Counted from the whole stretch's first letter, positions 9,822 through 20,067 are shown. The stretch: DNA of 63,129 nucleotides, filler included, from 5 parts of 5 records of this genome joined end to end with filler, not necessarily neighbours in it, one strand, 5' to 3'. Translations and numbers: made by a program. The notes: generated by a model from the letters alone, not told the origin.

Positions 9822-10376
9822 TCAAAGCATTACCTCAGCACTGCAGCCATTAAGAATTTCCTCGACAGGGGCAAGGTCAGCAGCCTGTTGACCACGAAAG
9901 TAATAATAGAGTTGATCACCAGGACCAACAACTACAGCCCCTCCCAACTGCAGAGCATCCCCCTGCTTGGTTCCAGGCCGATAGCCATCTTTTAACGCTT
10001 TCAATCCGCCGACAAGGGCACTGGCTGCAAAAAGGCCTGAAACTTTTCGGGTAAACCCCAAAGCCTTATAACTCTTGAGCGTTGGGTCGGTGAACAGCTT
10101 GCCGCTATACCCTGTTAACTCAGAGAAACCAGGCAAATCAGTGGGTTGACCATTGCCAACAACAACGAGCTCCGCGCTGACGTCGGCAAACTGCTGCTGA
10201 TACCCTGCCAAGTCAGCAACCTGCTGACGGCTGAAGACTCAGCCAAAGTGGCGGACAAAAATCATTGCAGCCCGTTGTTCTCCCCAAAAAGATGCAAGAT
10301 TGTGGTCTTTTCCCTGAGCATCGAAAACGCTTAGGGTACCAAAAATGCTAATATCAACACGTGGTGAGTTTTTCAT
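9822..10376 (-). CDS. Peroxiredoxin-like AhpC/TSA-2 (PRXL2/SelU-like) protein, predicted selenoprotein (Sec46)
   Basis: ATG at 10376 with SD GGAG gives MKNSPRVD...RAAMIFVRHFG-TGA-VFSRQQVADLAG..., in frame with the 9822-10211 ORF; TGA (10241-10239) sits at the catalytic Cys position of the RHxGCxxC motif; downstream family motifs FTDPTLKSYKALG and QGDALQLGGAVVV; 184 aa. Confidence 0.88.
10207..10231 (-). promoter_or_regulatory. Bacterial SECIS-like hairpin
   Basis: Minus strand GCC-GUCAGCA-GGU-UGCUGAC-UU-GGC; 7-bp perfect upper stem; G-led apical loop separated from the UGA by 17 nt. Confidence 0.75.
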
Positions 10377-10503
10377 CGCTCTTTATCTCCAGCTTTATTC
10401 ACATTGTTTGATACGAATAACCAATAAGACTTTTGACGAAAAAATGACCCCAACTAGTGAATCGTTGCAACTCATCATTTGCGATTCTTGCTTGAGACGC
10501 CCC

Positions 10504-11532
10504 TTAATAACTGTGTTCATCCAATTGCACTTTCCCTCTAAAGGTCCAGTAGATCAAAACCGTATATGAAAGTACCAACGGCATCCCTATGGCAACAATT
10601 ACCAATCCAATTTTCTGTGTGAGAGGGCTTGAAGCGCCATTAAAAATAGTGATGCTGTGTGCAGTGTTGTTTACAGCCGGAACCAAGTCGGGAAAAATGG
10701 CTGCGCTAAAAAGAAACACAAGGGCTGCTATTGTACAGCAACTGCTTATAAACGCATAAAAAGGACGTTCTTGCTGTATTGCTCTGGGTATATTTGCGAT
10801 GGCAAGAACATTGAGTAGCGGCACGACCCACAAAACAGGGTAACGGCTAAAATGCTGCAGTGAGGCTGGCACAAAAAAGGTAGACCAGCTAGTTACCAGA
10901 ATGAACAAAATCACATACACATAATATGTTCCTTTCATCCACCCTAAAAGCCTATCCTGAAGGGTTCCCTCAGTTTTCAGGTAAAGATAGATTGCACCAT
11001 GCATGGCTAAAAGAGATACCGTGAAAAAACCGACAGCAAGACTGAAACCTGAGATCATATCCCAAAAAGTACCGAGATAATCTCCCCGTTCCGAAAGCTG
11101 CAGCCCCTGCATAAGTGCACCTATCGCTACACCAAAAAGAAGTGAAGCCAAGGTAGATCCAATAAAAAATAAGATATCCCAAAAGGTCCGCCAAACTGCG
11201 CTCACTCGCTTTGATCGAAACTCCAGCGAAACCGCACGGAAAATAAGCGCAAACAAAAGCAGAACAAAAGGAAGGTAAAAGGCACTGAAGATCGAAGCAT
11301 AGGCATCGGGAAACATCGCAAAAAGAGCGCCGCCAAAGGTGACCAGCCACACTTCGTTACCGTCCCATAACGGGCCGATACTATTCATAACCAACCGTCT
11401 TTCCTTATCTGACCTGGCTACAAACGGATGGAGAATACCAACCCCCAGGTCAAACCCATCGAGAATCGCGTACCCAATAAGCAAGACATTGAGAAGGATA
11501 AACCAAGTAATGGACAAGAATTCAGGATTCAT
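10504..11532 (-). CDS. cydB: Cytochrome bd ubiquinol oxidase subunit II
   Basis: YAILDGFDLGVG, SIGPLWDGNEVWLV, FRAVSLEFR, YWTFRGKV; overlaps the cydA stop. Confidence 0.96.
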   Translation of the reverse strand: MNPEFLSITWFILLNVLLIGYAILDGFDLGVGILHPFVARSDKERRLVMNSIGPLWDGNEVWLVTFGGALFAMFPDAYASIFSAFYLPFVLLLFALIFRAVSLEFRSKRVSAVWRTFWDILFFIGSTLASLLFGVAIGALMQGLQLSERGDYLGTFWDMISGFSLAVGFFTVSLLAMHGAIYLYLKTEGTLQDRLLGWMKGTYYVYVILFILVTSWSTFFVPASLQHFSRYPVLWVVPLLNVLAIANIPRAIQQERPFYAFISSCCTIAALVFLFSAAIFPDLVPAVNNTAHSITIFNGASSPLTQKIGLVIVAIGMPLVLSYTVLIYWTFRGKVQLDEHSY

Positions 11533-13091
11533 TGAACACCCCCTTTTGCAATACCATCGCCGTTAAGCCTCGCATGCTGGCGATCGCGTGTTGCCTGTTG
11601 CATGCCACCTTGGCTATCCGCACCTGTGCCATCTACAGGCTGGGGACCTGAGCGGATTTTCCGATCAAGAACCATGATCCAGACGGCGAGCAGTGCCAAG
11701 TAGAGAATCGAAAACAGCACCAGTGAGCTCTTGGCTTCGGTTACAGAAACAGCAGCACTAACCGAATCTCTGGTTCGTAGCCCTACAGACTCGTCATACT
11801 GGTAACGACCGTCTGCAGCAGTGACAAGATCTGTACCGTCTGCATTCCACTCAACAGGAGGGTGAACTGTCCAAGGCTGCCTGCCAACCTCTGCTGCAAT
11901 CCAACCAGATTGATTGGCAAGTATCACAAACCCTATCCCTAAGACAAAGGTCCATAAAAGCCACCGTTTTTCAGCCAGTTTTTTTCTGACGTTAAACCAG
12001 ATTCCCAAGCCACAGAGGGCAATCATTAAACCACCTACACCAACCATAATGCGCCACGAAAAAAATGGGATCAACAGTGGCGGCCTGTCCTCGACATGAA
12101 AGCGATCCAATCCGACAACAGTTTTGCTGAAGCTTAAATCATCAAAAACCATAAAACTGAGGCCACCGGGTATATTGATGGCAAAATCGATTCGTTCCTG
12201 CTCGGCATTTGGCCAGCCAATGAGATTGAGGTCACCACGTCCGGTTTCAAAATGACCTTCAAAGGCAGCCAGCTTTGCCGGTTGATAAGTATAGACATTC
12301 TGCGCTTGGGAATGACCGTTTGCAGCAAGGCCCAGGGCCGCAATAAGGCCAAAAATGACTGCTCCATTGAATGAGTGTTTGGCAAACTCCTGGTGCTTGT
12401 TGGTGAGGATATAGTAGGCGGAAATGCTTAACACAAAAAAAGCACCCACAGCTGCACACCCGAGTAATACATGGGTTAGTCGATATACCGTAGATGGGTT
12501 GAAGACCATGGCCATAAAATCAACAATTTCAGCACGACGCTGGACTACACCGTCTACGACCCAGGGAATTAGCCCACTACTCCCGTCGGCCAGCGCAGCA
12601 GGACGAAGTACGTCAACAATGTGATGCCCGGCAGGCGTCTGTTGCCAGCTGTTGGCGACCACGATCCATACTGATGAAAACACCGAACCGAGCGCAACCA
12701 TATACACGCTGAACAGGTACAAGCCGGCACGGACCCGCTGCCGGCCAAAGGCAACAACAGCCAGAAATCCGGATTCGAGAAAAAAAGCAAAAATACCTTC
12801 AGCAGCCAACGCACTGCCAAAAACGTCCCCTACAAATCGCGAATAAGTTGCCCAGTTTGTACCAAACTGGAACTCCATGACAATACCGCTGGCTACGCCA
12901 ATGGCAAAATTAAGAACAAAAATCCTTGTCCAAAATTGCGACGCAATAGAAAAAATAGGCTTTTTGGTGATAAAAAATCGGGTCTCGAGGTAGGCAAGGA
13001 TAAGTCCAAGCCCAATCGTCAGCGGTGGAAAGATATAGTGGAACATAATGGTGAAAGCAAACTGCAAACGGGACAGCAAGACAACGTCCAT
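11529..13091 (-). CDS. cydA: Cytochrome bd ubiquinol oxidase subunit I
   Basis: [81 protein letters not shown]. Confidence 0.97.
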   Translation of the reverse strand: MDVVLLSRLQFAFTIMFHYIFPPLTIGLGLILAYLETRFFITKKPIFSIASQFWTRIFVLNFAIGVASGIVMEFQFGTNWATYSRFVGDVFGSALAAEGIFAFFLESGFLAVVAFGRQRVRAGLYLFSVYMVALGSVFSSVWIVVANSWQQTPAGHHIVDVLRPAALADGSSGLIPWVVDGVVQRRAEIVDFMAMVFNPSTVYRLTHVLLGCAAVGAFFVLSISAYYILTNKHQEFAKHSFNGAVIFGLIAALGLAANGHSQAQNVYTYQPAKLAAFEGHFETGRGDLNLIGWPNAEQERIDFAINIPGGLSFMVFDDLSFSKTVVGLDRFHVEDRPPLLIPFFSWRIMVGVGGLMIALCGLGIWFNVRKKLAEKRWLLWTFVLGIGFVILANQSGWIAAEVGRQPWTVHPPVEWNADGTDLVTAADGRYQYDESVGLRTRDSVSAAVSVTEAKSSLVLFSILYLALLAVWIMVLDRKIRSGPQPVDGTGADSQGGMQQATRDRQHARLNGDGIAKGGVQ

Positions 13092-13329
13092 AACAGTACC
13101 TCCTTTGCGGCGGGTTGTCTCTGGCTGGGTATAAAAACGTGGCAGTCAGCGCAGAGACAAGGGAAAGAGAATTTTTCATGATGCAGCGAGGAGAAACGAT
13201 GCAGGAACAGGCATCTTTCCCGTTCTGATATAATCTTAATCGATTACAATTATGCTGTAAACTCTTCTCATCGAGAAGAACCTCACCATATGTCTAAAAA
13301 ATCCGGACGTGCATGGGGATAGGTAATCT

Positions 13330-13476
13330 ATTCCAGCGGAAAAGCCGAAGATCCCTCATGCCGCCATCTGAGTGGAGGACCTGACAGGTCATCCAGGCAG
13401 ATGCATCGCGCAGTAAAAACATCACAGTTGCGCAAATACCATCAGGGGTTCCTATCCATTTAAGCGGATGGCGCCA
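13330..13476 (-). pseudogene. C-terminal remnant of a short-chain dehydrogenase/reductase
   Basis: RHPLKWIGTPDGICATVMFLLRDASAWMTCQVLHSDGG follows the SDR tail (PLxRxGxPEDIAxxVxFLxSDxxxWxTGQVLxVDGG) with substitutions; no N-terminal Rossmann part present; boundaries approximate. Confidence 0.7.
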
Positions 13477-13657
13477 CATTTTACAATTGTCACAAACAAA
13501 ACATAGTTTTTACTATCATTCGACACTCACTCAACCCTTATTGCATGATTATGTGCCGTGGTTAATGTATTAAGTAAAACAAATATACATACCGGAAAAA
13601 AATGCTTAGTGGTTCCCATCTTGTCCATCAAAACAGTTTTTTTAAAAGGAGAATTCT

Positions 13658-14053
13658 ATGCAACTAAGAGATTATTTTTCGAAAACCGTCGGCACTGGAG
13701 TAATGGCTACAGCTAACGCATCGGGAGAAGTTGACACTGCCCTGTATGCATCACCTCACTTTACCAGCGACGACACCATTGCCTTTATCATGAGAAACAG
13801 ACTGACTAGAGCCAACCTGCAGACAAATCCACGTGCGAATTACATGTTTATAGAGCACAGCCATGGGTTTAAAGGCATGCGTTTATTTCTTCGTATGATT
13901 GAAGAATCAACGGATCAAGAGGCTATAGAATCGATGTCTCGAAGAAATATCACGGCCGAGCAAAACGAAGTGCTTGGCCCTAGATTTCTGGTCACGTTCA
14001 AGATTGAAAAGGCCTTGCAGCTTGTTGGCGGCAAAGAAATTAACGTGGAGTAA
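13658..14053 (+). CDS. Pyridoxamine 5'-phosphate oxidase-family (FMN split-barrel) protein
   Basis: GVMATANASGEVDTALYASPH, RLTRANLQTNPRANYMF; SD AGGAG. Confidence 0.82.
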   Translation: MQLRDYFSKTVGTGVMATANASGEVDTALYASPHFTSDDTIAFIMRNRLTRANLQTNPRANYMFIEHSHGFKGMRLFLRMIEESTDQEAIESMSRRNITAEQNEVLGPRFLVTFKIEKALQLVGGKEINVE

Positions 14054-14255
14054 AACCACCGCAATGAAAAATATCAACCCAGTCTCAGCTGCATGTTCAG
14101 AAAACAACCTCTACGTTTTTACATCAAGCCGGCTGCATACACTATGAAGTTTAGCTGGATAAAGCAGCCGGACAAGGGCAAGGGTTATTATAATGAATTA
14201 ATGGTTAGAAAAGTTAAATCCTTGATGGGGTTAAAAAAATCGATGACCAACCAGC

Positions 14256-15104
14256 CTACGTTAGCAGGTAACTGACAAGTTCCAGTTCTTCATCAGTCAG
14301 AGCAAAGTCAAAAATATTCAAATCTTGCTGCATATGCTGGACAGAGCAGGTACCGGTAAGCGACACAACATTGAGCTGGTTGAGATAGCGGAAAAAAAGC
14401 TGGGCTTCTGTTTTACCATATTTGCCGGCCATAGTCTGAACCGTAGAATTTGTTAGAATATGGGGATTAGCTGTTAAAATCCAAAATCCCTGGTAAACAA
14501 TCCCCTGCTCCAAACACCAGCGACGAAGGCCTACATCGAATCCTGTTTCACGGTAAAATCGATTTTGAATAATTGCAGGCTTTACTTTTGCGTCATTATA
14601 CAATGCTTTAAGCAAGTCAAGATCGTAACAGTTACAAATACCAAGCTGGCGAGCACCACCTGATTTTTGTATTGCCTCCATCGCTCCCCAGCAGCACATC
14701 AAGGCAGAATATGGTCCAAAAGGGGAGTGTAAAAGTAGAGAGTCGAGATAATCTGTTTGCAGGTTCTTTAACGAGACAGCAAAAGACTGCGCCACCTGCT
14801 GCTCCAGTGGAACTTTTTTATCGTAAGGAATATTTTGCGGGTCGTGGCCGGCCAGGGGTGTAAATTTAGTCTGCAAAAACAATTCATCACGCTCAATCCC
14901 TTTCTCCTGGAGCCTTTGTAGAGCAACGCCAACGAGCTTTTCGTTATAATGCTTTGGTTGACAAGCGGTATCAATTCCCCTGAACCCTGAGCTGACAGCC
15001 TGTTCCACCAAGTCTGCAGTCTGTTCCTTTTTCCAAGCTGTACCATAAATAATCGGAGGCATCATTACCCCGGAAAAAGTACTTAACGCTTGCTGATCTG
15101 CCAT
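14256..15104 (-). CDS. Aldo/keto reductase
   Basis: YGTAWK, GFRGIDTACQPKHYNE, LFLQTKF, YLDSLLLHSP, QNRFY. Confidence 0.92.
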   Translation of the reverse strand: MADQQALSTFSGVMMPPIIYGTAWKKEQTADLVEQAVSSGFRGIDTACQPKHYNEKLVGVALQRLQEKGIERDELFLQTKFTPLAGHDPQNIPYDKKVPLEQQVAQSFAVSLKNLQTDYLDSLLLHSPFGPYSALMCCWGAMEAIQKSGGARQLGICNCYDLDLLKALYNDAKVKPAIIQNRFYRETGFDVGLRRWCLEQGIVYQGFWILTANPHILTNSTVQTMAGKYGKTEAQLFFRYLNQLNVVSLTGTCSVQHMQQDLNIFDFALTDEELELVSYLLT

Positions 15105-15147
15105 TACGCCCCTCCTGTATTCGAAAAGAAATTATTTTCTGCTCTTA

Positions 15148-15663
15148 CTACCGGGAAGACTGTCTTACCAATATAGAATACGTCACGCCCTGCAACAGCG
15201 CCCCAATCAAAATAAAAAACGAAAGCACACACGTAAAAAGCAGGCCAAAATAATCGACCATGAGAGGAAGCAATGGCAGTTTTATGGCTCTGCTGTAAAA
15301 AAAGGTTACAATTAGACGATCATGCATCCCATGCTGACGGAGATCTTCTATCATGGGATACCAGGCATACATGGGCCCGTGACTTATTACGCCTGCCAGC
15401 AATGCCAGGAACCACCCTTTGTACCCACTTTCTCCACCGAGGTGATTCACAATTTGCCGAGGACGCAATGCAGCATTCAACGCCGCCGTACTTACAATAA
15501 CAATGATAAGAATCGGTATTATTTTCACAAATGCGTGCATCCCATTGTGGAGGGCGGCTTTTGTAGAAGAAAAGTCCCAAACAAACAAAATGCAGTACAT
15601 GCTTACAACGGCCAGAAAAAAATATTTGCCCCGAAAAGAAAAAGGCTGCTGTTGCTTTTTCAT
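15148..15663 (-). CDS. Small DUF318/ArsP-like permease subunit
   Basis: Hydrophobic, 171 aa; LGGESGYKGW, GVISHGPMYAWYPM, RAIKLPLLP. Confidence 0.75.
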   Translation of the reverse strand: MKKQQQPFSFRGKYFFLAVVSMYCILFVWDFSSTKAALHNGMHAFVKIIPILIIVIVSTAALNAALRPRQIVNHLGGESGYKGWFLALLAGVISHGPMYAWYPMIEDLRQHGMHDRLIVTFFYSRAIKLPLLPLMVDYFGLLFTCVLSFFILIGALLQGVTYSILVRQSSR

Positions 15664-16115
15664 GTCAACATCTCCATGGTCAGGGCGGTTGCCAAGGCAA
15701 TAAGGACAGTACCAGAGAAAGCCAGCACGTTACGATAGATGGTGAAACGAAGCCCAAGTATCTCCGCCTCGGCCGGCAAATGGACAAAGCCAAGGGTAAC
15801 CCAGGAAAGAATAAAGGCTGTCACTGCATACAACGAAATTCCTTTTTCCAACAGCTCTCCACCAATGATGTAGCTCATCATGGCATGGCCGGAAGCAACG
15901 GCAGCGGTAAGGGTCCCAGTCAGGGTGTCGAAAATGGGATTACCTGAAAAGAAAGTGGTCAAGATTTCCGGGGTAACATACGTTTGCATGAGTCCGACAA
16001 GACCGATTACCCCGACAAGTATAGGTGCGATGGATAAAAACATGCGACAACTCTTTTTCAATGCCTCTACAAAAGACAGATGAAAAGATTTTTCTTTCTT
16101 CTGACCGTTTTTCAT
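15660..16115 (-). CDS. Small DUF318/ArsP-like permease subunit (partner of the downstream gene)
   Basis: Hydrophobic; SGHAMMSYIIGGELLEKG, AFILSWVTLG, LPAEAEILG; ATGA overlap with the next gene; likely start MKNGQ at 16115. Confidence 0.75.
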   Translation of the reverse strand: MKNGQKKEKSFHLSFVEALKKSCRMFLSIAPILVGVIGLVGLMQTYVTPEILTTFFSGNPIFDTLTGTLTAAVASGHAMMSYIIGGELLEKGISLYAVTAFILSWVTLGFVHLPAEAEILGLRFTIYRNVLAFSGTVLIALATALTMEMLT

Positions 16116-16845
16116 AACGAGTACTTTGCGCCATCCTATGCTCTTAATAAACCTATGGCTACGTTGAGAAAAAAACAAAGGTCACCCGAAGCCGCCCTCA
16201 TACTATTGATGTCCGCACCCCACACTATATCCTTGAAGCTAACTAACTGCTATCACTTTCTTTTCCACTGACAACCGGCCGTTTCCTAAAAAGATAAGTA
16301 AAGACATTGCCCCTCCTCCATTATAAACGGCCCTACTCTATCCGGAATGCAATAATTTCAGATTAACAAACGTGACTGGTTCTTGGTGCATTTGCACCAC
16401 CATACTTGATCCAAATGAACCACATTCTCCCTAAACGATATATGGTTCCCCATGAAACTCAGCCTTTTTTGCAGCAGGAAAAAGATTGAATTTCTCAGTG
16501 GAGGTAGGAGATTGACTTTGTTCTCATGGTTTTTCATGATAATAAAGATGTCTCCGGGACTTAAAAAAGGTATAAAATCAGTCTCCTGTCTGCTTAACTG
16601 TAATTGGCTAAGTATTGTACGGAATCAAAAAGCAATATTGCCTTTACAACCATACGCCTCAAGTTATTCCATCAAAGCAAACAATTATCTCTCCTTATAT
16701 AAATTGGTCCAAAAGATGCTTTATATTTACCAGCCCAAAATGATTCTTTTGGTACTCCAATACTTGATGGAATTAACAACCCACAGTTTTGCGGTGTACC
16801 CAAAAGGGCTATGTGCACTCACTAAAATGATTCCAGGAGAAAGCC

Positions 16846-17556
16846 ATGCCATTACTTACCCAAAAAACCGGAACCACTCTGATTGAGACATTATCAGGGC
16901 CAGATGGTGAAATTCTGTATACGGCAAGCCATGAAGTCGCTCCAGACAACACACTAAAAACCATAAGCGAACAATGGAACAATGAGGATTTGGAGGCAAG
17001 CAACAACACACTGCTGCGCGGAGAGGAGCTTCCAGAAGGAACAGCAGACGCTGCTGTTGCGGCAGCTAAACTTGCATGGGATATAATCAAAGAGGGAAAA
17101 GCTGTTGGAAAGTCTGCAGATGCTAAATCTTCGATACTGTCTGCTAAAGATATGGACCCGTTGAGTTACGAAGGAGCAAAGAGTGGAAAATCAGGAACGT
17201 ATACTTGGGAGGTAAATGATTCCGTCAAAGTGTTTGGTAAAATAAATTACGTGACCATAAAACTTCGAGTAGAGGGGAAATACGGAGCCACTCCCCGTGC
17301 AGATTCCAAAGCTCCAAAGGGGCATTATTTACCAGACGTATATGTAAACGTCACCACGTGTAAAGTTAATTTTCCCTGCTCTGCGAGCGGATCAGCAAAC
17401 TTATCGAATCCGTCAAACATTGGTCGGGGTTCCGTTAATGCAGAAGTAAGAATACATGGTAAACTTAATGCTGGCTGGTTTGCCCAGCACATGGGGATTA
17501 CCATTGGATTTGAAGCTACAGGGACGGGTGGCTTTCGATTATTAGGAAAAGAGTAG
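16846..17556 (+). CDS. Hypothetical protein (236 aa): acidic N-terminus, amphipathic helix, beta-rich C-terminal domain
   Basis: SD AGGAG upstream, clean ORF, followed by a 21-bp perfect hairpin; no family recognised. Confidence 0.8.
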   Translation: MPLLTQKTGTTLIETLSGPDGEILYTASHEVAPDNTLKTISEQWNNEDLEASNNTLLRGEELPEGTADAAVAAAKLAWDIIKEGKAVGKSADAKSSILSAKDMDPLSYEGAKSGKSGTYTWEVNDSVKVFGKINYVTIKLRVEGKYGATPRADSKAPKGHYLPDVYVNVTTCKVNFPCSASGSANLSNPSNIGRGSVNAEVRIHGKLNAGWFAQHMGITIGFEATGTGGFRLLGKE

Positions 17557-17599
17557 CAGGCAGGATACGCCTATTCCATTTGCAACAAAATACGCCCCG

Positions 17600-17647
17600 A
17601 AAATTTATGAAGCCTGAATCGAAGTTGATTCAGGCTTCATAAATTTT
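17600..17647. terminator. Perfect 21-bp inverted repeat, probable intrinsic terminator
   Basis: AAAATTTATGAAGCCTGAATC-GAAGTT-GATTCAGGCTTCATAAATTTT. Confidence 0.75.
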
Positions 17648-18005
17648 AGAGACCAATAAAAGATATTTCAGCAGCGCTGCATGGCGACCCCAGACGTCAC
17701 CTGGCATTTTTCAAAAGAATGCGCAGTAGCTCAAATTTCCCCAGACACTTGCAGGGAAAGCAGGATTAAATATGACATTTCTAATGGCAAAGGTGACCAC
17801 ACCACATTTTCACTAAGCACAACATGGATATATTGACAGCAGGGTGTATTTTCACTAAAAATAAGAATAATACTCAGTAAGCATCATATAAAATCTGGCC
17901 TACCGTAAAGCCAAAATAAATAAATACGGCTTCTTAACAGATAACTTATTTACTTTTACCAGAGTAGGTAAGCCATTCTTTATAAGAATACAATTAAATT
18001 AAAGA

Positions 18006-19196
18006 ATGATAGAAAAAGATAATTTAATTTCTGCTGATCAATCATTACCCAAACCCTCTTTTGTAACGAAAGGGCAAGTTCGCCTGCTTTATATGCAGGC
18101 CCCCATCTCCAACAGTACCGTTATAATAATTTCGACTCTCTTTTACTTCCTATTACAACCTCGTCTTCATTCCAACCTTCCATTATTCTGGCTGATTATG
18201 CTTTTGGCGGCAGCCTCATATCGTATGTACCTGTGGCGCAGTCAAAAGAACCAGCCGGCGACCAGATCCACAACAAGCTGGTTGAATTGCTATCTCATAG
18301 GATGTGGGTTGGTGGGGTCCTCCTGGAGCTTGATCTACCAGTTCTTGTACGGAACAAATGATCCCTTCGTTTTTGCAGCACTGCTGATGCTTGCTTTTGG
18401 CGTCATAAGTTCTGCCATTCCTATCTTATCCGCATCCATACCTGCCTTTATTTTATATACTTACCCCCAGGGACTGATGGTGATTATTACGCTTCTACGC
18501 TTTGAAGATCAAGCCTATTCGTTCCTCGCAGGGGCTGTTGGGTTGTTCATGATTATGATTACCCTTTTCACACGCAATACCAACAAGAGTATTCTGCAAT
18601 CCATCAGGCTAGAGGAGCAAAACAACATTCTCATCAAAGATCTTAACGATGAAATAAGCCAAAGGGAAATCCTGATATCTCAACGAACCCAGCAGCTTAA
18701 TGAGAAAAACAATGACCTAAAGATTGAGATCAAAGACCGGGAATGTACTGAAGAGAGGCTGCAGCAAGCGAATACAGACCTCGATGCAACATTACGGGCT
18801 ATCCCTGACCCCCTGTTTAAATTAGACGAAAAGGGTACCTATTTAGATTTATGGATGCACGATGGCGATTTTCTGCTTGCTCAAAGAAGCGCTCTCATTG
18901 GTCAAAAGGTGACCGACATACTTCCACCCGATGCAACAAAAGTCGTAATGGCTGCAATCCATGACGCGGTAAAAAACGGGGCCTCACATGGCCAAGTTAT
19001 CAGGGTGCCGCTAAAAAACGGCATGCATTGGTTCGAGCTTTCCACCTCCAGAAAGCGTCTCACAAACGGTTCCAGTCATTTTCTCATGTTGGCTCGAGAT
19101 ATTACAGATAAACAGCAGATGGAGGCTGAGCTCCTCAAGGTCAGTAAACTTGAGTCCTTAGGAGTTCTTGCCGGCGGCATTGCCCATGATTTTAAT
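18006..19196 (+). CDS. Membrane-bound PAS sensor histidine kinase (3' truncated at contig end)
   Basis: About 5 TM helices, coiled coil, PAS (AIPDPLFKLDEKG...ARDITD), H-box ESLGVLAGGIAHDFN at the break. Confidence 0.9.
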
Positions 19197-19296
19197 NNNN
19201 NNNNNNNNNNNNNNNNNNNNNNNNNNNNNNNNNNNNNNNNTTAATTAATTAANNNNNNNNNNNNNNNNNNNNNNNNNNNNNNNNNNNNNNNNNNNN
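19197..19296. other. Artificial contig linker
   Basis: N44-TTAATTAATTAA-N44 (stops in all six frames); composition drops sharply to AT-rich across it. Confidence 0.99.
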
Positions 19297-19476
19297 AACT
19301 TCCCATTTATCAAACTTTTCAATGTGTGATTTTAGAGCTTCATTTCCATCTTCTACAATCTCATCAATAATATTAGTAACTATTGTTGAAACCTCTTTTA
19401 TATCTGTTTTTGCTCTACTTAAAATATTTTCAAACTCTTCTTTAAAGTTTGAATCCGTAGTATTTATTATTTTCAT
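19297..19476 (-). CDS. hisD: Histidinol dehydrogenase, N-terminal part (truncated)
   Basis: IVTNIIDEIVEDGNEALKSHIEKFDKW matches the HisD N-terminus; coupled to aroK. Confidence 0.8.
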
Positions 19477-19988
19477 TATATCTTTCCTAATATATCTTCT
19501 ATAATCTCTTCTATGCTTCTATTTTCAACATTTACTGTTTCATCAGCAACTTTTTTATAATCCTCAATTCTTTGTTTATAAATTTTTTTTGCTTCATCTA
19601 AGTCTGATAAAAGAGGTCTTTTTCTCAATTTTGCAGCTGCATTTGGAGCAGAATGTATTCTATTTAGTATTCCATCAAAACTTGATTCCAAATAGATTAT
19701 TTTTCCAATATTATGAATATTTTCTTGTCTAAAAAAACCACCCCCAGTTGAAATAATAGTGTTATCAACACTTTTTTCTAACCATAAAGCGCATTTCTTT
19801 TCAAGACTTCTAAAGTATGCTTCACCATCTTCTTTAAAGATTTTTTTTACTTTTCTATTATCAATACTTTCAATTAAATCATCAGTATCAATTGCAAAGT
19901 AATCTGTTGCTTTTACTAATGCTCTTGCAACAGTACCTTTCCCCACACCCATAAAGCCAATTAATATTATATTGTTTTTTCTGTCCAA
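19476..19988 (-). CDS. aroK: Shikimate kinase
   Basis: ILIGFMGVGKGTV, DTDDLIE, GEAYFRSLE, ISTGGG, KRPLL. Confidence 0.95.
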   Translation of the reverse strand: MDRKNNIILIGFMGVGKGTVARALVKATDYFAIDTDDLIESIDNRKVKKIFKEDGEAYFRSLEKKCALWLEKSVDNTIISTGGGFFRQENIHNIGKIIYLESSFDGILNRIHSAPNAAAKLRKRPLLSDLDEAKKIYKQRIEDYKKVADETVNVENRSIEEIIEDILGKI

Positions 19989-20067
19989 TTAGAATTTCCT
20001 ACTATATTAAATGCGCAGATTATATCTAAAGTTAATTGAAAGATAAATGACTAGAATCAAAAACTAT

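Noticed and set aside
16452-16886. 144-aa plus-strand ORF upstream of the orphan gene
   Set aside because: No SD, atypical composition, overlaps the better-supported 16846 start
17806-17858. Direct repeat ATTTTCACTAA twice, 42 nt apart, upstream of the PAS kinase
   Set aside because: Only two AT-rich copies; could be an operator but there is no further support
19241-19252. TTAATTAATTAA palindrome repeated four times in the window
   Set aside because: Always centred in N-runs; an artificial six-frame stop linker
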